Below, in pieces: positions 62,013 to 64,000 of a stretch of DNA of 64,000 nucleotides. The notes under the pieces were generated by a model, which saw only the letters and a list, made by a program, of their open reading frames with translations, searched no databases and was not told the origin of the DNA. A program made the translations under genes and the position numbers. Every line of letters starts with the position of its first letter. Positions within the stretch are counted from its first letter, which is position 1. Source of the DNA: Macrostomum lignano (taxonomy: Eukaryota). The stretch is from NCBI GenBank assembly GCA_002269645.1, contig NIVC01004000.1, forward strand, positions 1 through 64,000, in the 5' to 3' direction.

Positions 62013-62419
62013 GTCAGTTGACAATTTAATCATCTGTAACACCTCGTTGAAAATGTTACAGTGACAAGAATTTCTGAAAAGTCATTGCAAACGACTTTCT
62101 AGTGACTCTGGGGAGACTCCTGTGACTTAATTACGATTCAGATGTGTCTTGATACGACGGTAGAGGCGACTGCTGCGTGACAAGCCCGTCACTTGAGTTG
62201 TAGAATCGTAAACTAGCAATCTTTGCCCCCCGATGGGGGACATCTGGATAGAACTCTCTGACTCTCTCTCTCTCTCTCTCTCTGACTCTCTCTGACTCTG
62301 ACTCTCTGACTCTGTAACGTATACAAAGCGCTACAGTGGCTTAAGCGCTTTAGCGACTGGAGAATGCCGCTGAAACGCCGCTGTGACTCTAATTTATCAA
62401 GCGACTCAAATGCGCTTCA

Positions 62420-63520
62420 GACACAACTCAGTGACTCAATAGCGACTCTATCACATTCAGACACAACTCAGTGACTCAATAGCGTCTCTATCACATTCAG
62501 ACACAACTCAGTGACTCAATAGCGACTCTATCACATTCAGACACAACTCAGTGACTCAATAGCGACTCTATCACATTCAGACACAACTCAGTGACTCAAT
62601 AGCGACTCATCACATTCAGACACAACTCAGTGACTCAATAGCGACTCTATCACATTCAGACACAACTCAGTGACTCAATAGAGACTCTATCACATTCAGA
62701 CACAACTCAGTGACTCAATAGCGACTCTATCACATTCAGACACAACTCAGTGACTCAATAGCGACTCTATCACATTCAGACACAACTCAGTGACTCAATA
62801 GCGACTCTATCACATTCAGACACAACTCATGACTCAATAGCGACTCTATCACATTCAGACACAACTCAGTGACTCAATAGCGACTCTATCACATTCAGAC
62901 ACAACTCAGTGACTCAATAGCGTCTCTATCACATTCAGACACAACTCAGTGACTCAATAGCGACTCCATCACATTCAGACACAACTCAGTGACTCAATAG
63001 CGACTCCATCACCTTCAGACACAACTCAGTGACTCAATAGCGACTCTATCACATTCAGACACAACTCAGTGACTCAATAGCGACTCTATCACATTCAGAC
63101 ACAACTCAGTGACTCAATAGCGACTCTATCACATTCAGACACAACTCAGTGACTCAATAGCGACTCTATCACATTCAGACACAACTCAGTGACTCAATAG
63201 CGATCTATCACATTCAGACACAACTCAGTGACTCAATAGAGACTCTATCACATTCAGACACAACTCAGTGACTCAATAGCGACTCTATCACATTCAGACA
63301 CAACTCAGTGACTCAATAGCGACTCTATCACATTCAGACACAACTCAGTGACTCAATAGCGACTCTATCACATTCAGACACAACTCAGTGACTCAATAGC
63401 GACTCATCACATTCAGACACAACTCATTGACTCAATAGCGACTCTATCACATTCAGACACAACTCATTGACTCAATAGCGACTCTATCACATTCAGACAC
63501 AACTCAGTGACTCAATAGCG
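62420..63520. repeat. 40-bp minisatellite (CAGACACAACTCAGTGACTCAATAGCGACTCTATCACATT), about 27 copies, in the EARS2 intron
   Basis: Near-perfect tandem array. Confidence 0.96.
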
Positions 63521-64000
63521 CCAACGATTCTTGGGACGACTCTTTCGCGACTCTGATTCAACAACTCACGTGACGCACTTGTGACGCAACAGTCGCCTCT
63601 CTGTCGCATCAATTGCGAAAGCACAAAAACAGAAGAATTTATTAAGCATTGGCAACAGTCTTTGAAGATCTTCGAAAAAGCAGAACAGCTGATTTGATTC
63701 CGTGCGCGGCCACTTTCATTTCGGGATTGTGTGCTCGAGAAATTAGAAATCAAAGACCCGCTGTACACCCTATGTAAGCCTGTGTATGAGTGCGTGCCCG
63801 CGTACAGTGGCTTACCGGTAGCTTGTATGTGCCCAGGGAGTCAGCGGATTGGGTAGAATTGCCTCAATGCCCCTCCTGCAATTACCTAATATGTATAGAA
63901 TAATTAGCTGGGCCACTCAGGCATATATGCTTAGTAAAAACAGCTTTCTACTGTCAGTTCGGTAGCAAAGAAGATACAGAAGCTATTTTATAAAAATAAA

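Noticed and set aside
63493-63768. Next EARS2 exon after the 40-bp array
   Set aside because: No frame gives GluRS-like sequence, so the remaining exons probably lie outside the window.

Overview
Eukaryotic, intron-containing animal DNA. GC-rich exons, minisatellite-filled introns and splice acceptors just before start codons suggest a free-living flatworm such as Macrostomum; this taxon is inferred, not proven. Conserved genes reconstructed by hand with GT-AG junctions and consistent phases: an HCN channel (minus, running off the left edge), calaxin/EFCAB1, a Rab43/19-like GTPase, an ORP1L/OSBPL1A-like protein that ends before its lipid-binding domain, ZNRD2/SSSCA1, UBE2S and the first coding exon of mitochondrial EARS2. 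Two observations stand out. (1) The HCN gene has three tandem, intact 150-nt phase-0 paralogous exons encoding the S4-S5 linker and S5. They look like a mutually exclusive cassette, and two of them replace the conserved gating Arg with Gly. (2) A transposon-littered island at 37-51 kb holds five unrecognised two-exon genes. Each encodes a signal peptide, an N-terminal Cys at the predicted cleavage site, a phase-1 intron and a Lys/Arg-rich mature region that is coiled-coil, glycine-zipper or disulfide-loop type. The rest is tRNA-derived SINEs, MITEs with exact target-site duplications (Merlin-, P- and hAT-like), mariner, LINE and DIRS-like remnants, and about 20 unrelated minisatellites. No database search or structure prediction could be run, so family assignments rest on recalled motifs.
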